Positions 7,446 to 17,856 of a stretch of DNA of 64,000 nt are shown here, piece by piece; within the stretch, counting starts at the first letter, position 1, and each line of letters starts with the position of its first letter. The stretch is from contig JBGPDC010000004.1 in NCBI GenBank assembly GCA_041482115.1, forward strand, positions 354-64,353. Reading direction: 5' to 3'. This DNA comes from Terriglobia bacterium. GTDB lineage: Bacteria; Acidobacteriota; Terriglobia; Bryobacterales; JACQDG01. Below the pieces are notes generated by a model. The model was not told the origin of the DNA. It saw only the letters and a program-made list of their open reading frames with translations, and searched no databases. The position numbers and the translations under genes are program-made.

Positions 7446-10400
7446 TCAGAAGTAAAACCGCAGCGAAAGTTGCAGGTTACGCTCGCCGCCGCCCACGCCG
7501 CCGCCCTTCGTCGTTACCTTCCCGAAATTCGCGCTGGTGGGGTTGAAAGTCACGCCGCCGCCGCTGCCCCCACCGAGGTTGGGGTGGTTAATGAAGTTGA
7601 ACGCCTCGGCGCGGAACTGCAAGCCAGTCTGTTCGGTTACCTTGAACCTCTTGAACAAGCCTAGATTCCAATTCTGGAAGCCAGGCTGGTAGATGAGGCC
7701 GCGGACGCTCTGGGCGGTGTTGAACGTGCCGGCCGGCGGCTGGGTGAAGATGGCCGTGCCGTCGGAGTTCTTGGTAGTGAACCACTGATTGGGATCATTG
7801 GAGCCATTGGCTGCGAACCCTCCCTGCACCGCCGGACTGCCGTTGATCGTCCAGAACTGGCCCGCATTGCCGCAGCCGAAACTGCCATCCTGGCCAGTGC
7901 CGGCGTAGTCATTTCCAACCCCTACCCCGCACGGTAAGCCGGTTTGGAACTGCGAAACGCCGCTGATCTGCCAGCCGCCGAGCGCCTTGCCGGTGAAGCC
8001 CGACTTCCCGCGGAAGAACGGAAGCTCGTACAGGTAGTTGATCACCAGGATGTGCCGGGCATCGAACTCCGACGGACCCCACAGATTGTGCGCGTTGTAA
8101 GCGTCCGGAATGATATCGCGCTGGTTGGAGCCGTCGTCCATGCTCTTGGCCAGCGTGTAGGCCACTCCGAAGAGAAGACCGCTCGAGAAACGGCGGGTCC
8201 AGTTCAACTGGAACGAGTTGTATCGCGAACTGGCGACATTATCCGTTTGTCGAATCGAGGCGTAGCCTTTATACGGCCGCAGAGCGTCGAGGTTGACGCC
8301 GGGGTTCGCCTGCAGGGTGCCGGCGAGCGGCTGATTGATATTGGCCTCCCGCTGCTGGTGCAGGCCACGGCGGCCCACATAAGCAAGCGAAAGAACGCTG
8401 TTCCAGGGCATCTGTCTTTCGACTGTGAAATTCCAGTTGTAGGCTTCCGGATTTTTGAAAGCCTTGCTCTGGGTGGTCACCGTGAGAGGAATGTTGTTGG
8501 TGGAGGTCCCTCCGGGGTTATCCACGTTCCCAAACGAGACGTTGGCCGTGGGCTGGAAGGGCGGGTTGCCGCCGAGGAAGACCGAGTCGCTGACGCCCAG
8601 GCGGGTAAAGAAGCGGCCCCCACCGGCGCGAACCACAGTCTTGTTATCGAGCTGGTAGGCGACGCCGACGCGCGGCTGGAATTGACCCGACCGGATGTCT
8701 GAATAGTGGCTGTTCACACCCCGGAACAGGTAATTGTATTGATTCGTATCCGCCTCAGGAAAACGGCCTTTCGCCGAAGAGGGAAACCCCTCTCCCGGGA
8801 AGACCAGGCCGTTGTAGAGATCTCCAGAACCAGCGATGACCAGACCGGTCTTGGGGTCCATCCTCACGGCCTTACTTTGATCGTAAAAGCTGGGGTCGAA
8901 GACCGCCATGTTTCTCCACAGGGCGCTGTAGGGAACCATCACCGAGTAGCGGACACCGTAATCGACGTGCAGCTTCGGCGTGACCTTCCAGGCATCCTGC
9001 GCGAAGGCGTCGTACATGCTGCCCCGGAAGATCGTATAGGCGCGGTGGCCGATTTCCGAATAGCTGTCGAAAATTCCCAGCGCGGCGTTGGCGACGGCGG
9101 CGCCCGAGGTGGGGAAGCCCGACCGGTTATCGGTGAAAAGGAACTGGCCGTTCTGGTTGTTCGTGCAAGTCGGGCAAGCGGCGACGTTGATTTCGTCATT
9201 GTCGTTTTCGCCGGAGCGCTCGTAGAGGAACCCGAACTTCAGAGTGTGGCTGCCTTTGACCCAGGTCAGGCTGTCGGAAATGTTGTAGATGGGGCCCGTG
9301 GAATGGGACGGATAGGGCCCGCCGCTGAGCCCGGAGAAGGGAGACATGTTCACGGTCGGGATGCGGGTCGGGATCAATTTTCCTTCAGGAAAGATATACG
9401 GGTAGTTGATACCGGCCTGCGTCCGATCGAAGAAGTGGGCGGTGTCGACCGGGATGTAGACGTCGTCCAGGCTTACGGTGGCCAGCGCTTCATTAATGAT
9501 GGTGGGGCTGATGGTCCACACGTAGTTGAGCGAGTTAGTCTGGTTGGGACGGTTGAAGAGCTTCGGCGTACGGTCGGTGTTGCCGTCGAGTGGCTGGTAC
9601 TCGACATAGGCATAATTCAGCCGGCGGAACGAGAGCCGCTGCCGGTCCGTAAGGTTCATGTCGGAGGACAAGGTATCCTTCCGCTGGTGCTGGGTGTGGA
9701 GGAGCGCCGCGTACCAGTTGCCATTGCCCCCGATAGGATTGGCGAGGTTGGGCACCGGCCAGGCCTTCAGGATGCCCAGGCCGTTCGGGCTGAGCTGGGT
9801 GCTCGGGATCACGTTATTGTTGAAGGCCGTGCCGGTGACGGGGTCCTTGATTTGCACGGCTCGGCCGTAAAAGATATTCTTGGGGTCCAGCAGCTCGCTG
9901 AAATCGCCGGTCCGCATCTTGATGGAGGGGACCGATAGCAGACCCGCCGAGCCGACCGAGGAGCCCGACTCCGTCCAATGGTATCTCACCCATTCCTGGC
10001 CCCAGTACCAGAAGAACTTGCTCTTGTCGGTGTTGAATTTGCCGGGGATATAGAACGGCCCGCCGACGTTGTATCCGAACTGGTTGTAATGGATCGGCGC
10101 GGCCGAGGAGGTAACCGGGTTGTTATTGCGGGCCCAGGTATTGGCGTTTAAATCCGTGTTGCGGAGGTACTCATAGGCGGCGCCGTGGAACTGCTGCCCG
10201 CCGCTTTTCGTAAGGATGCGGATCTGGGCGCCGGAGGTGCGGCCGTATTCGGCGGCGTAATTGGCGGTGAGGATCTGGACTTCCTGCACGGAATCCACGT
10301 CCGCCGCGCCGAGGCTGGTGCCGTTGGAGCGGGTGCGGGTGGCGGGCGCGCCGTCGAGGGTGATCAGATTCTCCGGATTGCGCGAGCCGTTGAAGTTCGC

Positions 10401-10946
10401 CGGGCCCTGGCTGAAGGCGAACGTCAGGTTCGCAAGGGTATTGCCGCGAGCCCCGGGTACCAGCCCGGCCAGGCCGATCGCGTTGCGTCCGTTCAGCTCC
10501 ATGCTGTCGATCTGGAGCCGGTCCACGAGCTTGCCGATGGTGGCGCTTTCCGATTGCAGGGCGGCGACCGAAGCGGTCACCGTGATGGTTTCGGTGACGG
10601 CGCCCACCTGGAGCGTCACGTCGACCGAAATGTTGATGTTGGGATTCAGCTTATTGCCGGACTGTTCCACGGTGCGAAAGCCAGGGGCCTCCACACGTAC
10701 GGTGTAAGTGGCCGGCGGAAGGTTGGTGGCGACGTAATAGCCGGTCGCGTTGGTCGTGGTGCGACGCTCGATGCCGGTGGCCTCATTCTTAACCACCACC
10801 GAGGCGTTCGGAACGACCGTATTCTGCGGATCCCTGACGATGCCGGAAATCGCAGCATTGTCGGACTGCGCCAAGCAGGAAACGGTCAGAGACACTATCA
10901 TCCCGGCGAGCTGCAAGGCTCGCTGAAAGCGGATAAGACTCTTCAT
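7446..10946 (-). CDS. Oar-like TonB-dependent receptor with carboxypeptidase-regulatory-like N-terminal domain
   Basis: Signal peptide, ISGIVRDP..., AEYGR...TKSG plug, FQPRVGVAY, C-terminal QLSLRFYF. Confidence 0.92.
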   Translation of the reverse strand: MKSLIRFQRALQLAGMIVSLTVSCLAQSDNAAISGIVRDPQNTVVPNASVVVKNEATGIERRTTTNATGYYVATNLPPATYTVRVEAPGFRTVEQSGNKLNPNINISVDVTLQVGAVTETITVTASVAALQSESATIGKLVDRLQIDSMELNGRNAIGLAGLVPGARGNTLANLTFAFSQGPANFNGSRNPENLITLDGAPATRTRSNGTSLGAADVDSVQEVQILTANYAAEYGRTSGAQIRILTKSGGQQFHGAAYEYLRNTDLNANTWARNNNPVTSSAAPIHYNQFGYNVGGPFYIPGKFNTDKSKFFWYWGQEWVRYHWTESGSSVGSAGLLSVPSIKMRTGDFSELLDPKNIFYGRAVQIKDPVTGTAFNNNVIPSTQLSPNGLGILKAWPVPNLANPIGGNGNWYAALLHTQHQRKDTLSSDMNLTDRQRLSFRRLNYAYVEYQPLDGNTDRTPKLFNRPNQTNSLNYVWTISPTIINEALATVSLDDVYIPVDTAHFFDRTQAGINYPYIFPEGKLIPTRIPTVNMSPFSGLSGGPYPSHSTGPIYNISDSLTWVKGSHTLKFGFLYERSGENDNDEINVAACPTCTNNQNGQFLFTDNRSGFPTSGAAVANAALGIFDSYSEIGHRAYTIFRGSMYDAFAQDAWKVTPKLHVDYGVRYSVMVPYSALWRNMAVFDPSFYDQSKAVRMDPKTGLVIAGSGDLYNGLVFPGEGFPSSAKGRFPEADTNQYNYLFRGVNSHYSDIRSGQFQPRVGVAYQLDNKTVVRAGGGRFFTRLGVSDSVFLGGNPPFQPTANVSFGNVDNPGGTSTNNIPLTVTTQSKAFKNPEAYNWNFTVERQMPWNSVLSLAYVGRRGLHQQREANINQPLAGTLQANPGVNLDALRPYKGYASIRQTDNVASSRYNSFQLNWTRRFSSGLLFGVAYTLAKSMDDGSNQRDIIPDAYNAHNLWGPSEFDARHILVINYLYELPFFRGKSGFTGKALGGWQISGVSQFQTGLPCGVGVGNDYAGTGQDGSFGCGNAGQFWTINGSPAVQGGFAANGSNDPNQWFTTKNSDGTAIFTQPPAGTFNTAQSVRGLIYQPGFQNWNLGLFKRFKVTEQTGLQFRAEAFNFINHPNLGGGSGGGVTFNPTSANFGKVTTKGGGVGGGERNLQLSLRFYF

Positions 10947-11061
10947 ATTCCCCCCAAAAACTAACCAAGACACCTGAACACCCGTAGAATGCTCCAAACT
11001 GGTGGGCAAGTCAAGACTTAGTAAGCGGCCTCACCCTCGAAACCTGAAATAATACGGGAGG

Positions 11062-11613
11062 ATGACCACGCCGCCGGGGATTGAGAAGGTACTTTTTACC
11101 GAAGCGCAGATCCAGGCGCGCATTCAGGAGGTGGGCGGAGAGATCTCGCGGGCCTACGCCGGCCGGGAGATCAAGCTCATAGCCGTCCTCAAGGGATCGG
11201 TCTATTTCCTGACGGCGCTGACCCGGGCTATCACGATCCCGGTCAAGATCGACTTTCTGGCGATTTCGACCTTCCTTTCGACGCGGGCGGCGCCGGGCGT
11301 GGTGCGCATCTCGAAGGACCTCGACGAAGGCATTGAGGGCGAAGAGGTCCTGCTCGTCGAGGACATCGTGGACACCGGCCTGACGGCCCGGTATCTGCTG
11401 CAGACGCTGGCCGGCCGCCAGCCGAACAGCATCGGCATTTGCACCTTCCTCGACAAGACGCCGCGGCGCCTCGTGCAGATCCCGGTGCGGTTTCGCTGCT
11501 TCGAGATTCCCGACCGGTTTGTGGTGGGCTTCGGGCTCGATTACAACCAGCTCTACCGGAACCTTCCCTATGTAGCAGTAATGAAACCACAAGAACGAGG
11601 CACCCCGGTATAA
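11062..11613 (+). CDS. hpt: Hypoxanthine phosphoribosyltransferase family protein (atypical loop II)
   Basis: VLKG, VLLVEDIVDTGLT PRPP motif, FVVGFGLDYNQLYRNLPY. Confidence 0.85.
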   Translation: MTTPPGIEKVLFTEAQIQARIQEVGGEISRAYAGREIKLIAVLKGSVYFLTALTRAITIPVKIDFLAISTFLSTRAAPGVVRISKDLDEGIEGEEVLLVEDIVDTGLTARYLLQTLAGRQPNSIGICTFLDKTPRRLVQIPVRFRCFEIPDRFVVGFGLDYNQLYRNLPYVAVMKPQERGTPV

Positions 11614-11635
11614 TGAAACTTCCCGCGGAGGAGAT

Positions 11636-13006
11636 ATGCCCCTGAGCGCCGAGAGTTTCGTCGAGTCCAACCGCCAGCGCCTGCTCGACGAGTTGTGCGA
11701 GTTCCTGCGCATCCCGAGCATCAGCACGCTGCCCGAGCACCGGCCGGACATCGAGCGGGCGGCGAAATTCGTAGCCGCGAGCCTCACCGCGACCGGCCTG
11801 GAGAACGTGGAGATCATTCCGACCGACGGTCACCCGCTGGTTTACGCCGACTGGCTGCACGCGCCCGGCAAGCCGACCATCTTGTGCTACGGCCACTACG
11901 ACGTCCAGCCGCCCGACCCGCTGAACGAGTGGGTTAGCGGGCCCTTCGAGCCGACCGTCCGCAACGGGAGCCTGTACGCGCGCGGGTCCGCCGACGACAA
12001 AGGCCAGATGTATATCCACGTGAAGGCCATGGAGGCGTTCCGCGTGCTCTACGGCCATCCACCCGTAAACGTGAAGTTTCTGGTGGAGGGCGAGGAGGAG
12101 GTCGGCGGCAAGGCCATTGCCAAGTACGTCCCCGCGCACCAGCAGAAGCTCGCCGCCGATGTGGCGCTGGTGAGCGATACGGCGATGTTTCAGGCGGGGC
12201 TGCCTACACTATGCATCGGACTGCGCGGTTTGATGTATATGGAATGGGAAGCGACTGGTCCCTCTCGGGATTTGCACTCCGGCCTTTACGGTGGCGCCGC
12301 TCCGAGCGCAGTTTTCGGCCTGATCGAGCTGCTTGCGAAGGCCAAGGACGCCGGCGGCGTGATCCAGATCCCGGGGATCTACGACGATGTGAAGTCGCCC
12401 GCGCCGGCCGAGCTGGAAAGCTGGCAACGGCTGCCGTTCGATGAGAAGGAATTTCTCGCGAAGGAAGTCGGCTCGACGGCCCTCACCGGCGAGAAAGGGT
12501 ACTCGGTCTTTCACCGCACGTGGGCGCGGCCGACGTTCGAGGTCCACGGCATCGCGGGGGGCTTCACCGCCGCCGGCGCCAAGACGGTGATTCCCTCCAA
12601 GGCGACGGCCAAAGTGAGCATCCGGCTGGTGCCCGACCAGGATCCGGACAAGGTCTTGCAGCAGGTGCGGGACTTCGTCAAAGCGAACACACCGGCCGGC
12701 GTGCGCGTAGAGGTGCGGGTGCTCAGCGCCGCGCCGGCGACGATGGTCAACCCCGACCACCGCGTCATCCACCTCGCCGCCGAGGCCTTCAGCGAAGTAT
12801 TCAGCCAGCCGACGGTTTTCATTCGCTCGGGCGGATCGATCCCGATCGTCGGCGACTTTGCCCAGCACCTCGGCATCCCGACCGTGATGATGGGCTTCGG
12901 ATTGCCAGACGACGGATTGCACTCGCCGAACGAGAAGTTCAGTCTGGAGAATTATTACAAGGGCATCCTCGCGGTGGTGCACTTCTTGGAGAAGCTCGCC
13001 GCCTAA
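11636..13006 (+). CDS. M20 family dipeptidase
   Basis: YGHYDVQP, ARGSADDKGQ, EGEEEVG, DLHSG, HSPNE. Confidence 0.92.
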   Translation: MPLSAESFVESNRQRLLDELCEFLRIPSISTLPEHRPDIERAAKFVAASLTATGLENVEIIPTDGHPLVYADWLHAPGKPTILCYGHYDVQPPDPLNEWVSGPFEPTVRNGSLYARGSADDKGQMYIHVKAMEAFRVLYGHPPVNVKFLVEGEEEVGGKAIAKYVPAHQQKLAADVALVSDTAMFQAGLPTLCIGLRGLMYMEWEATGPSRDLHSGLYGGAAPSAVFGLIELLAKAKDAGGVIQIPGIYDDVKSPAPAELESWQRLPFDEKEFLAKEVGSTALTGEKGYSVFHRTWARPTFEVHGIAGGFTAAGAKTVIPSKATAKVSIRLVPDQDPDKVLQQVRDFVKANTPAGVRVEVRVLSAAPATMVNPDHRVIHLAAEAFSEVFSQPTVFIRSGGSIPIVGDFAQHLGIPTVMMGFGLPDDGLHSPNEKFSLENYYKGILAVVHFLEKLAA

Positions 13007-13008
13007 CC

Positions 13009-13938
13009 ATGACCCCAGCCGGACACCTGCTCTCCGGCTACCTGGCCGGCGCCGTCGCCGCCGGCGACTTGCCTGACCGCCGTGACCGGCTGTATGTGAC
13101 GGCGGCCGGGGTGGTGGCCGGCATAGCGCCCGATTTCGACGTGGTCCTGGGGCTGGTGGGGGGATATGCCGGGGCCGGGCTCCACCGGGGCGTGACCCAC
13201 TCCCTGTTCAGTGCGCTGGTGGCGGGCGGTTTCGCGGCGCTCGGGTTGCACCGGACCCGCTGGGCCGCGTTCTTCGCGGCAGCCGGGGGCGTCCTGACGC
13301 ACATCTTCTGGGACAGCCTGAACTTCTGGGGCGTGCGCGTGTTCTGGCCCTGGAGCAGGCACTTCAGCGCGAACCTGATGCACGAGGGCGACTGGATTGC
13401 CCTGGCCGCGGTGGCGATCGGCGCGGCGCTGATGTGGCGTGGAAGACGGCGGCCCGCTATCGCGTGGCTGGCGTTGACAGTGTCGGCGTTTCTGGGCTTC
13501 CAGGTCTGGTGCCGGGCAAATGCCCGCGAGCTCGCGCGCACCGAGTTGCCGGGACGGCGCGCGGAGGCCTTCGCAGCTCCTCAGTTGGACTGCCGCTGGG
13601 TGGTGCTCTCCGAGGGCGGCGGCGATATGCAGGTCCACTGCGTTTCGAGCCCGCTTGCGAAGGTGCTGCGCCCTGTGCTTACGGTGCCGGTGCGGGACGA
13701 CTTCTTCACGCGTGCTTCGCAGGAGTCGCCGTCGGTGCAGGAGTTCATCGGCAAGTGCCCGTTTGCGTTCGCCGAGGAACATCCGGGGAACGACGGGGCG
13801 ACTGTAGTCGTTTGGCGAGACCTGCGGGAAGTGTCTCAGCAGAGACGGGAAGACTCGCCTACCGGCTTGCAGATTGTGGTCGAACCCGCCGGCCGGATCC
13901 GGAGCGAACATCACAACTGGTGGCTCAAGGCGTGGTGA
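13009..13938 (+). CDS. Membrane-bound metal-dependent hydrolase (YdjM-like)
   Basis: H near the N-terminus, APDFD, HRGVTHS, HIFWD; hydrophobic segments. Confidence 0.8.
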   Translation: MTPAGHLLSGYLAGAVAAGDLPDRRDRLYVTAAGVVAGIAPDFDVVLGLVGGYAGAGLHRGVTHSLFSALVAGGFAALGLHRTRWAAFFAAAGGVLTHIFWDSLNFWGVRVFWPWSRHFSANLMHEGDWIALAAVAIGAALMWRGRRRPAIAWLALTVSAFLGFQVWCRANARELARTELPGRRAEAFAAPQLDCRWVVLSEGGGDMQVHCVSSPLAKVLRPVLTVPVRDDFFTRASQESPSVQEFIGKCPFAFAEEHPGNDGATVVVWRDLREVSQQRREDSPTGLQIVVEPAGRIRSEHHNWWLKAW

Positions 13939-15575
13939 AGAAGTCGCGGTCCAAGACGAGGGCGAGGGGGGCGCCGCCGGCCGCGACTGAGCGACCCGCG
14001 TGGCGCCCGCCGCCGGCGCTCGGCGCAGCCCTCGCGGCCCTGATTTTCCTCGCGGTGGCCGCCTGGCGTGCCGACCTGGCTTCCTTTGGCTATTTCCACG
14101 ACGACACCCTCTACTTCACCGCCGCCCAGGCGATCGCGACGGGGCAGGGAAATGTCCTGCCGAGTGTGCCGGATCGTCCGGCTCAGACCAAGTACCCGCC
14201 GCTTTACTCTGTCGTGCTGGCCGCGGTGTGGAAAATCGCGCCGGAGTTTCCCAGGAATGTCCGCGTGGCCGTGGGATTGAATCTGATGCTGGGGGCGGTG
14301 CTCGTCGCAGGATGGTTCGTGCTGCTCGAAGATCTGGGGGCGGGACCTTGGGAGGCGCTGGCGATCGCGGCTCTCGCAGGGCTGCATCCGTTCGTGCTTT
14401 CGCTAGCGGGCGCGGTGCTGACGGACGTCCCGTTCATGGCGCTCGCGGTATGGGCGGTGGTGCTGGCCGGACGGGCGCTGCGGGGCGGGGATGGCCGGTG
14501 GGCTGGGGTCGTGGTGCTGAGTATACTCGCGGTACTGACGCGGTCGGTTGCGATTGCAGTTCTAGGCGGCGTCGGTCTGGCGGCACTTTTACGAAAAGCC
14601 TGGCGTCCCGCGGCGTTCTACTTGATCCTCACCGGGTCCTGCTTTGTGGGAAGTTTCTGGTGGTCGGCCGCCCATAAGTTCTCCGCGCCGGGACTGCCCG
14701 GTTATCGCCAGACCTTGCTCTTTTACACGAGCTACTTCGACTTCTGGAAGATCAGCGTGCCGGATTCGGGAGCGCTTTTGGCGATGGCCGGCTCGAACCT
14801 TTGGGAAGCGGTTCGGGCGCCCGCAGCGCTGTGCCTTCCGCTCCAGGCGCTGCCCGAGAACCCGTACGGCCAAGGGGTCTTCCTGGTGCTCGTGACCGCG
14901 GCGATCCTGGCTGGAGCACTGTATCTGGAGCAGCGCGAGTGGCACCCGTTTCATTTCGCGCTGCTCTTCCACGTTCCCGTCATCGCTCTGTGGAACTATC
15001 CCCTGGCAAACCGCTTCCTGCTGCTTTTCCTGCCGCTGTTTTTCCTGGGCCTGTGGAGAATTGCCCAGCGGGCGGTGCGGGTCAGGTCGCGTGCGGCGGG
15101 GATCGCGGCCGGGGTCGTGATGGCGCTGCTCGCGCTGGACGCGTCCTATGGCTACCTGTGGGGCCTGCCGGAACAAATGGCCGCGGGGACTGTGGAGCGC
15201 GCGAGGCTCGGGGCGGAAAAGAATGAGGCCTACGACTGGATCCGAGACCACACCCAGCGCGAGGACCGCTTCATCGCTTACGAGGACGCGAGCTTGTATC
15301 TCTCCACAGGACGGCAGGCGCTGCGTCCGCTAGCGTTTTCGAGCGAGGCCAACTACCGCAACACCGAAGCGGTGGTGGCGCGCGACCTGGAGCACCTCAG
15401 CGATACGGCTCGCCAGATCCGCGCACGCTACTGGCTGGCCTCATCCGATGACTACCAGCTCGAGGCCGGCGCACCTGTGATCCAGCAACGTGCCCGCGCG
15501 CTCGTCGAACACTTCCCGCGCGCCTTCCGCAGCCGCGGAGGCCGGGTGGAGATTTTTCAGGTCAACGCGGAATAG
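13935..15575 (+). CDS. Polytopic membrane protein, GT-C/ArnT-like glycosyltransferase
   Basis: HDDTLY after the first TM, KYPPLY, many TM helices; GTG start overlaps the upstream TGA. Confidence 0.65.
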   Translation: MKKSRSKTRARGAPPAATERPAWRPPPALGAALAALIFLAVAAWRADLASFGYFHDDTLYFTAAQAIATGQGNVLPSVPDRPAQTKYPPLYSVVLAAVWKIAPEFPRNVRVAVGLNLMLGAVLVAGWFVLLEDLGAGPWEALAIAALAGLHPFVLSLAGAVLTDVPFMALAVWAVVLAGRALRGGDGRWAGVVVLSILAVLTRSVAIAVLGGVGLAALLRKAWRPAAFYLILTGSCFVGSFWWSAAHKFSAPGLPGYRQTLLFYTSYFDFWKISVPDSGALLAMAGSNLWEAVRAPAALCLPLQALPENPYGQGVFLVLVTAAILAGALYLEQREWHPFHFALLFHVPVIALWNYPLANRFLLLFLPLFFLGLWRIAQRAVRVRSRAAGIAAGVVMALLALDASYGYLWGLPEQMAAGTVERARLGAEKNEAYDWIRDHTQREDRFIAYEDASLYLSTGRQALRPLAFSSEANYRNTEAVVARDLEHLSDTARQIRARYWLASSDDYQLEAGAPVIQQRARALVEHFPRAFRSRGGRVEIFQVNAE

Positions 15576-17856
15576 CGAAGGCCAGGATGTTCGGTCCGGC
15601 GGCCACGGCGATGTATTGTGTGCCCCCGGCGAGGTACGTCATCGGCGAGGCTTTCCACGACTGGCTGGTGTGGAAGTGCCACAACGGCTTGCCTGTTTTC
15701 GCTTCAACGGCCGCGAGCGCGCCGCTGTCGTCGCCAAAGAACACGAGTCCCGAGGCGGTGGAGAGGACGCCGCCCCAGGTGTTGCCGGGACCGGTCATTG
15801 GATACTCCCACACGAGGTTGCCGGTCTGGAGGTCGAGCGCCCGCAGGAACTTCTCGCCCTTCTCACCCGGCACTTCCCGCGTGGTGCCGCCGTAAAATGA
15901 CCGTCCCTGCTCAAACCACGTGACGGACTTGCTGTAGATCGTGCAGCGCTCGAGCGCCATCACATAGAACAAGCCGGTCGCGGGGTTGTAGGCGGTGGAC
16001 ATCCAGTTAGTAGCGCCCTCGACCGCCGGGCAAGCCTTGACCCCTTGCGGGGTCGGGACGGCTTCCGGAATGAGCTGCGGCCGGCCGTCCTTGCCGATGC
16101 CCGTCGCCCAGGTCATCTTCTTGACGAAGGGTTTCGCGAGGAGCAGCTCGCCGTTGGTCCGGTCGAGGACGTAGAAGAAGCCGTTGCGGTTGGCCTGCGC
16201 CAGGAGCTTGCGCGGGCGCCCTTGGAAGGTCGCGTCGATTAGCATGGGTGTCTGGACGGCGTCCCAGTCGTGGAGGTCGTGAGGAGTATATTGGTAATAC
16301 CAGCGCACCTTGCCGGTCGCAGGGTCGAGAGCTACCACCGAGCTGGAATAGAGGTTGTCCCCTTTGCGCTCGTCGCCGTTGTAGTCGGGGCAGGGATTGC
16401 CGGTAGTCCAGAAGATCAAGTTCGTCGCGGGATCGAAGGTACCGGTGAGCCAGGTGGTGGCGCAGCCGTGCTCGAGAGCGCGGCCGACCCAGGTCTCCGA
16501 GAGCGGCTCGCCTCGCGCGGGGATCGACCAGAACCGCCACACCCGCTCGCCAGTCGAAGCCTTGTAAGCATCGACGAAGCCGCGCGCGCCCTCGTCGCCG
16601 CCCGAGACGCCCGCGAGGACGAGATCGTTTACGACCAGGGGAGCGGAAGTGGAGCCGTAGTGCTGGCGGGAGTCGGCCATCTCGGCGTCCCACAGCAGGG
16701 CGCCGGTGAGGCGGTGGAGCGCGAGAATATGGGCGTTGTCGGTGACGATGAAGACGCGGTCGCCTAGCAGTGCCACTCCCCGGTTGATGCCGCTGCCGGC
16801 ATCGCCGATGACGCCCGGCGTCCGCGCCCGACGAAACTGCCAGATCACCCGGCCGCTCTGAGCGTCGAGGGCCTGGGCTTCGTTGACCGCGGTGACGTAC
16901 ATCACGCCATCGGCCACCACGGGGGTGACCTCCAGCCGTTGGGTCCCCTGCATAGTGAAGATCCAGCGCGGAGCGAGGCTAGTGACGTTAGCCGGAGTGA
17001 TCTGCGCCAAAGGACTATGGCGGTTGCCGGTGAGGTTCCCGTGATAGGTGGGCCACTCGCCGGGGCGGGGCTGGGCGATGTCTGCGAACGGGATCGCGCC
17101 TTTCGATTCGGCGCCTGGCGCCGCGGCCCGGCCCGTCGCACCCGAGAGGCGGCTCAGGTATGCCACTAGGTCCCGGCGCTGGTCGGCGGAAGCTTGCAGG
17201 GGAGGCATCAGGGAGCCGGGCTCGCGCCGCAGGTCGGTAATCTGGTCGCGGCGCAGCAGGTGGAGTGCGCCGTCCAGACCCTGTAGCTGCAAGTCGTAGT
17301 TGCTTTCGTTGCGGGCGAAACCGCGCAGCGTGCGGCCGTCCCGCAGCTTGGCCGAGACCACAGTGTATCCGGACGCCACTTGCTGCCCCGGCTCTCGTAA
17401 GGCCGTCTCGATCTCGGTGACACGCCGCTCGCCTCCCAAAGCCGAGAGGTCGGGGCCGCCCGACACGCCGCGTCCGTTCACCATGTGGCAGCCGGCGCAG
17501 TTGCCCTGGCCGAAGAAAAATCGCTCTCCTGCCGCGACATCACCGGCCGGAGGATTTTCCGCAGCCGGGGCCGAGAGACCGTGGATGAAGGCCGCCAGTT
17601 GCTGCAGTTCGCTCTCGGGCAGCGGGAAGGCTGGCATGCCGCCCGCGGGGATACCGCTGCGGATGGTCTGCGTGAGCTGTTGTTCATTGCGGGAGCGCCC
17701 GCGGCGCGAGGAAACAATGGCGGGTCCACGCTCGCCGCCCGCGCCATCGGCGCCATGGCACCCGGCGCAGAGGCCCTCGAAGGCCTTCCGGCCGGCGTCC
17801 GGAGTTTGCGCCGGCAGACAGATTGCAGCCAATAGCAGGCAGCTAAGCAGTCGCAT
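15562..17856 (-). CDS. PQQ-type beta-propeller dehydrogenase with two N-terminal c-type cytochrome domains
   Basis: Two CAGCH motifs; WPTYHG, YQYTPHDLHDWD, ANRNGFFYVLDRTNG. Confidence 0.88.
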   Translation of the reverse strand: MRLLSCLLLAAICLPAQTPDAGRKAFEGLCAGCHGADGAGGERGPAIVSSRRGRSRNEQQLTQTIRSGIPAGGMPAFPLPESELQQLAAFIHGLSAPAAENPPAGDVAAGERFFFGQGNCAGCHMVNGRGVSGGPDLSALGGERRVTEIETALREPGQQVASGYTVVSAKLRDGRTLRGFARNESNYDLQLQGLDGALHLLRRDQITDLRREPGSLMPPLQASADQRRDLVAYLSRLSGATGRAAAPGAESKGAIPFADIAQPRPGEWPTYHGNLTGNRHSPLAQITPANVTSLAPRWIFTMQGTQRLEVTPVVADGVMYVTAVNEAQALDAQSGRVIWQFRRARTPGVIGDAGSGINRGVALLGDRVFIVTDNAHILALHRLTGALLWDAEMADSRQHYGSTSAPLVVNDLVLAGVSGGDEGARGFVDAYKASTGERVWRFWSIPARGEPLSETWVGRALEHGCATTWLTGTFDPATNLIFWTTGNPCPDYNGDERKGDNLYSSSVVALDPATGKVRWYYQYTPHDLHDWDAVQTPMLIDATFQGRPRKLLAQANRNGFFYVLDRTNGELLLAKPFVKKMTWATGIGKDGRPQLIPEAVPTPQGVKACPAVEGATNWMSTAYNPATGLFYVMALERCTIYSKSVTWFEQGRSFYGGTTREVPGEKGEKFLRALDLQTGNLVWEYPMTGPGNTWGGVLSTASGLVFFGDDSGALAAVEAKTGKPLWHFHTSQSWKASPMTYLAGGTQYIAVAAGPNILAFAIPR

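Noticed and set aside
8706..9938. 410-aa plus-strand ORF and similar long shadow ORFs (42705-44099, 48603-50273, 32108-33304)
   Set aside because: Each lies opposite a well-supported gene and lacks domain signatures.
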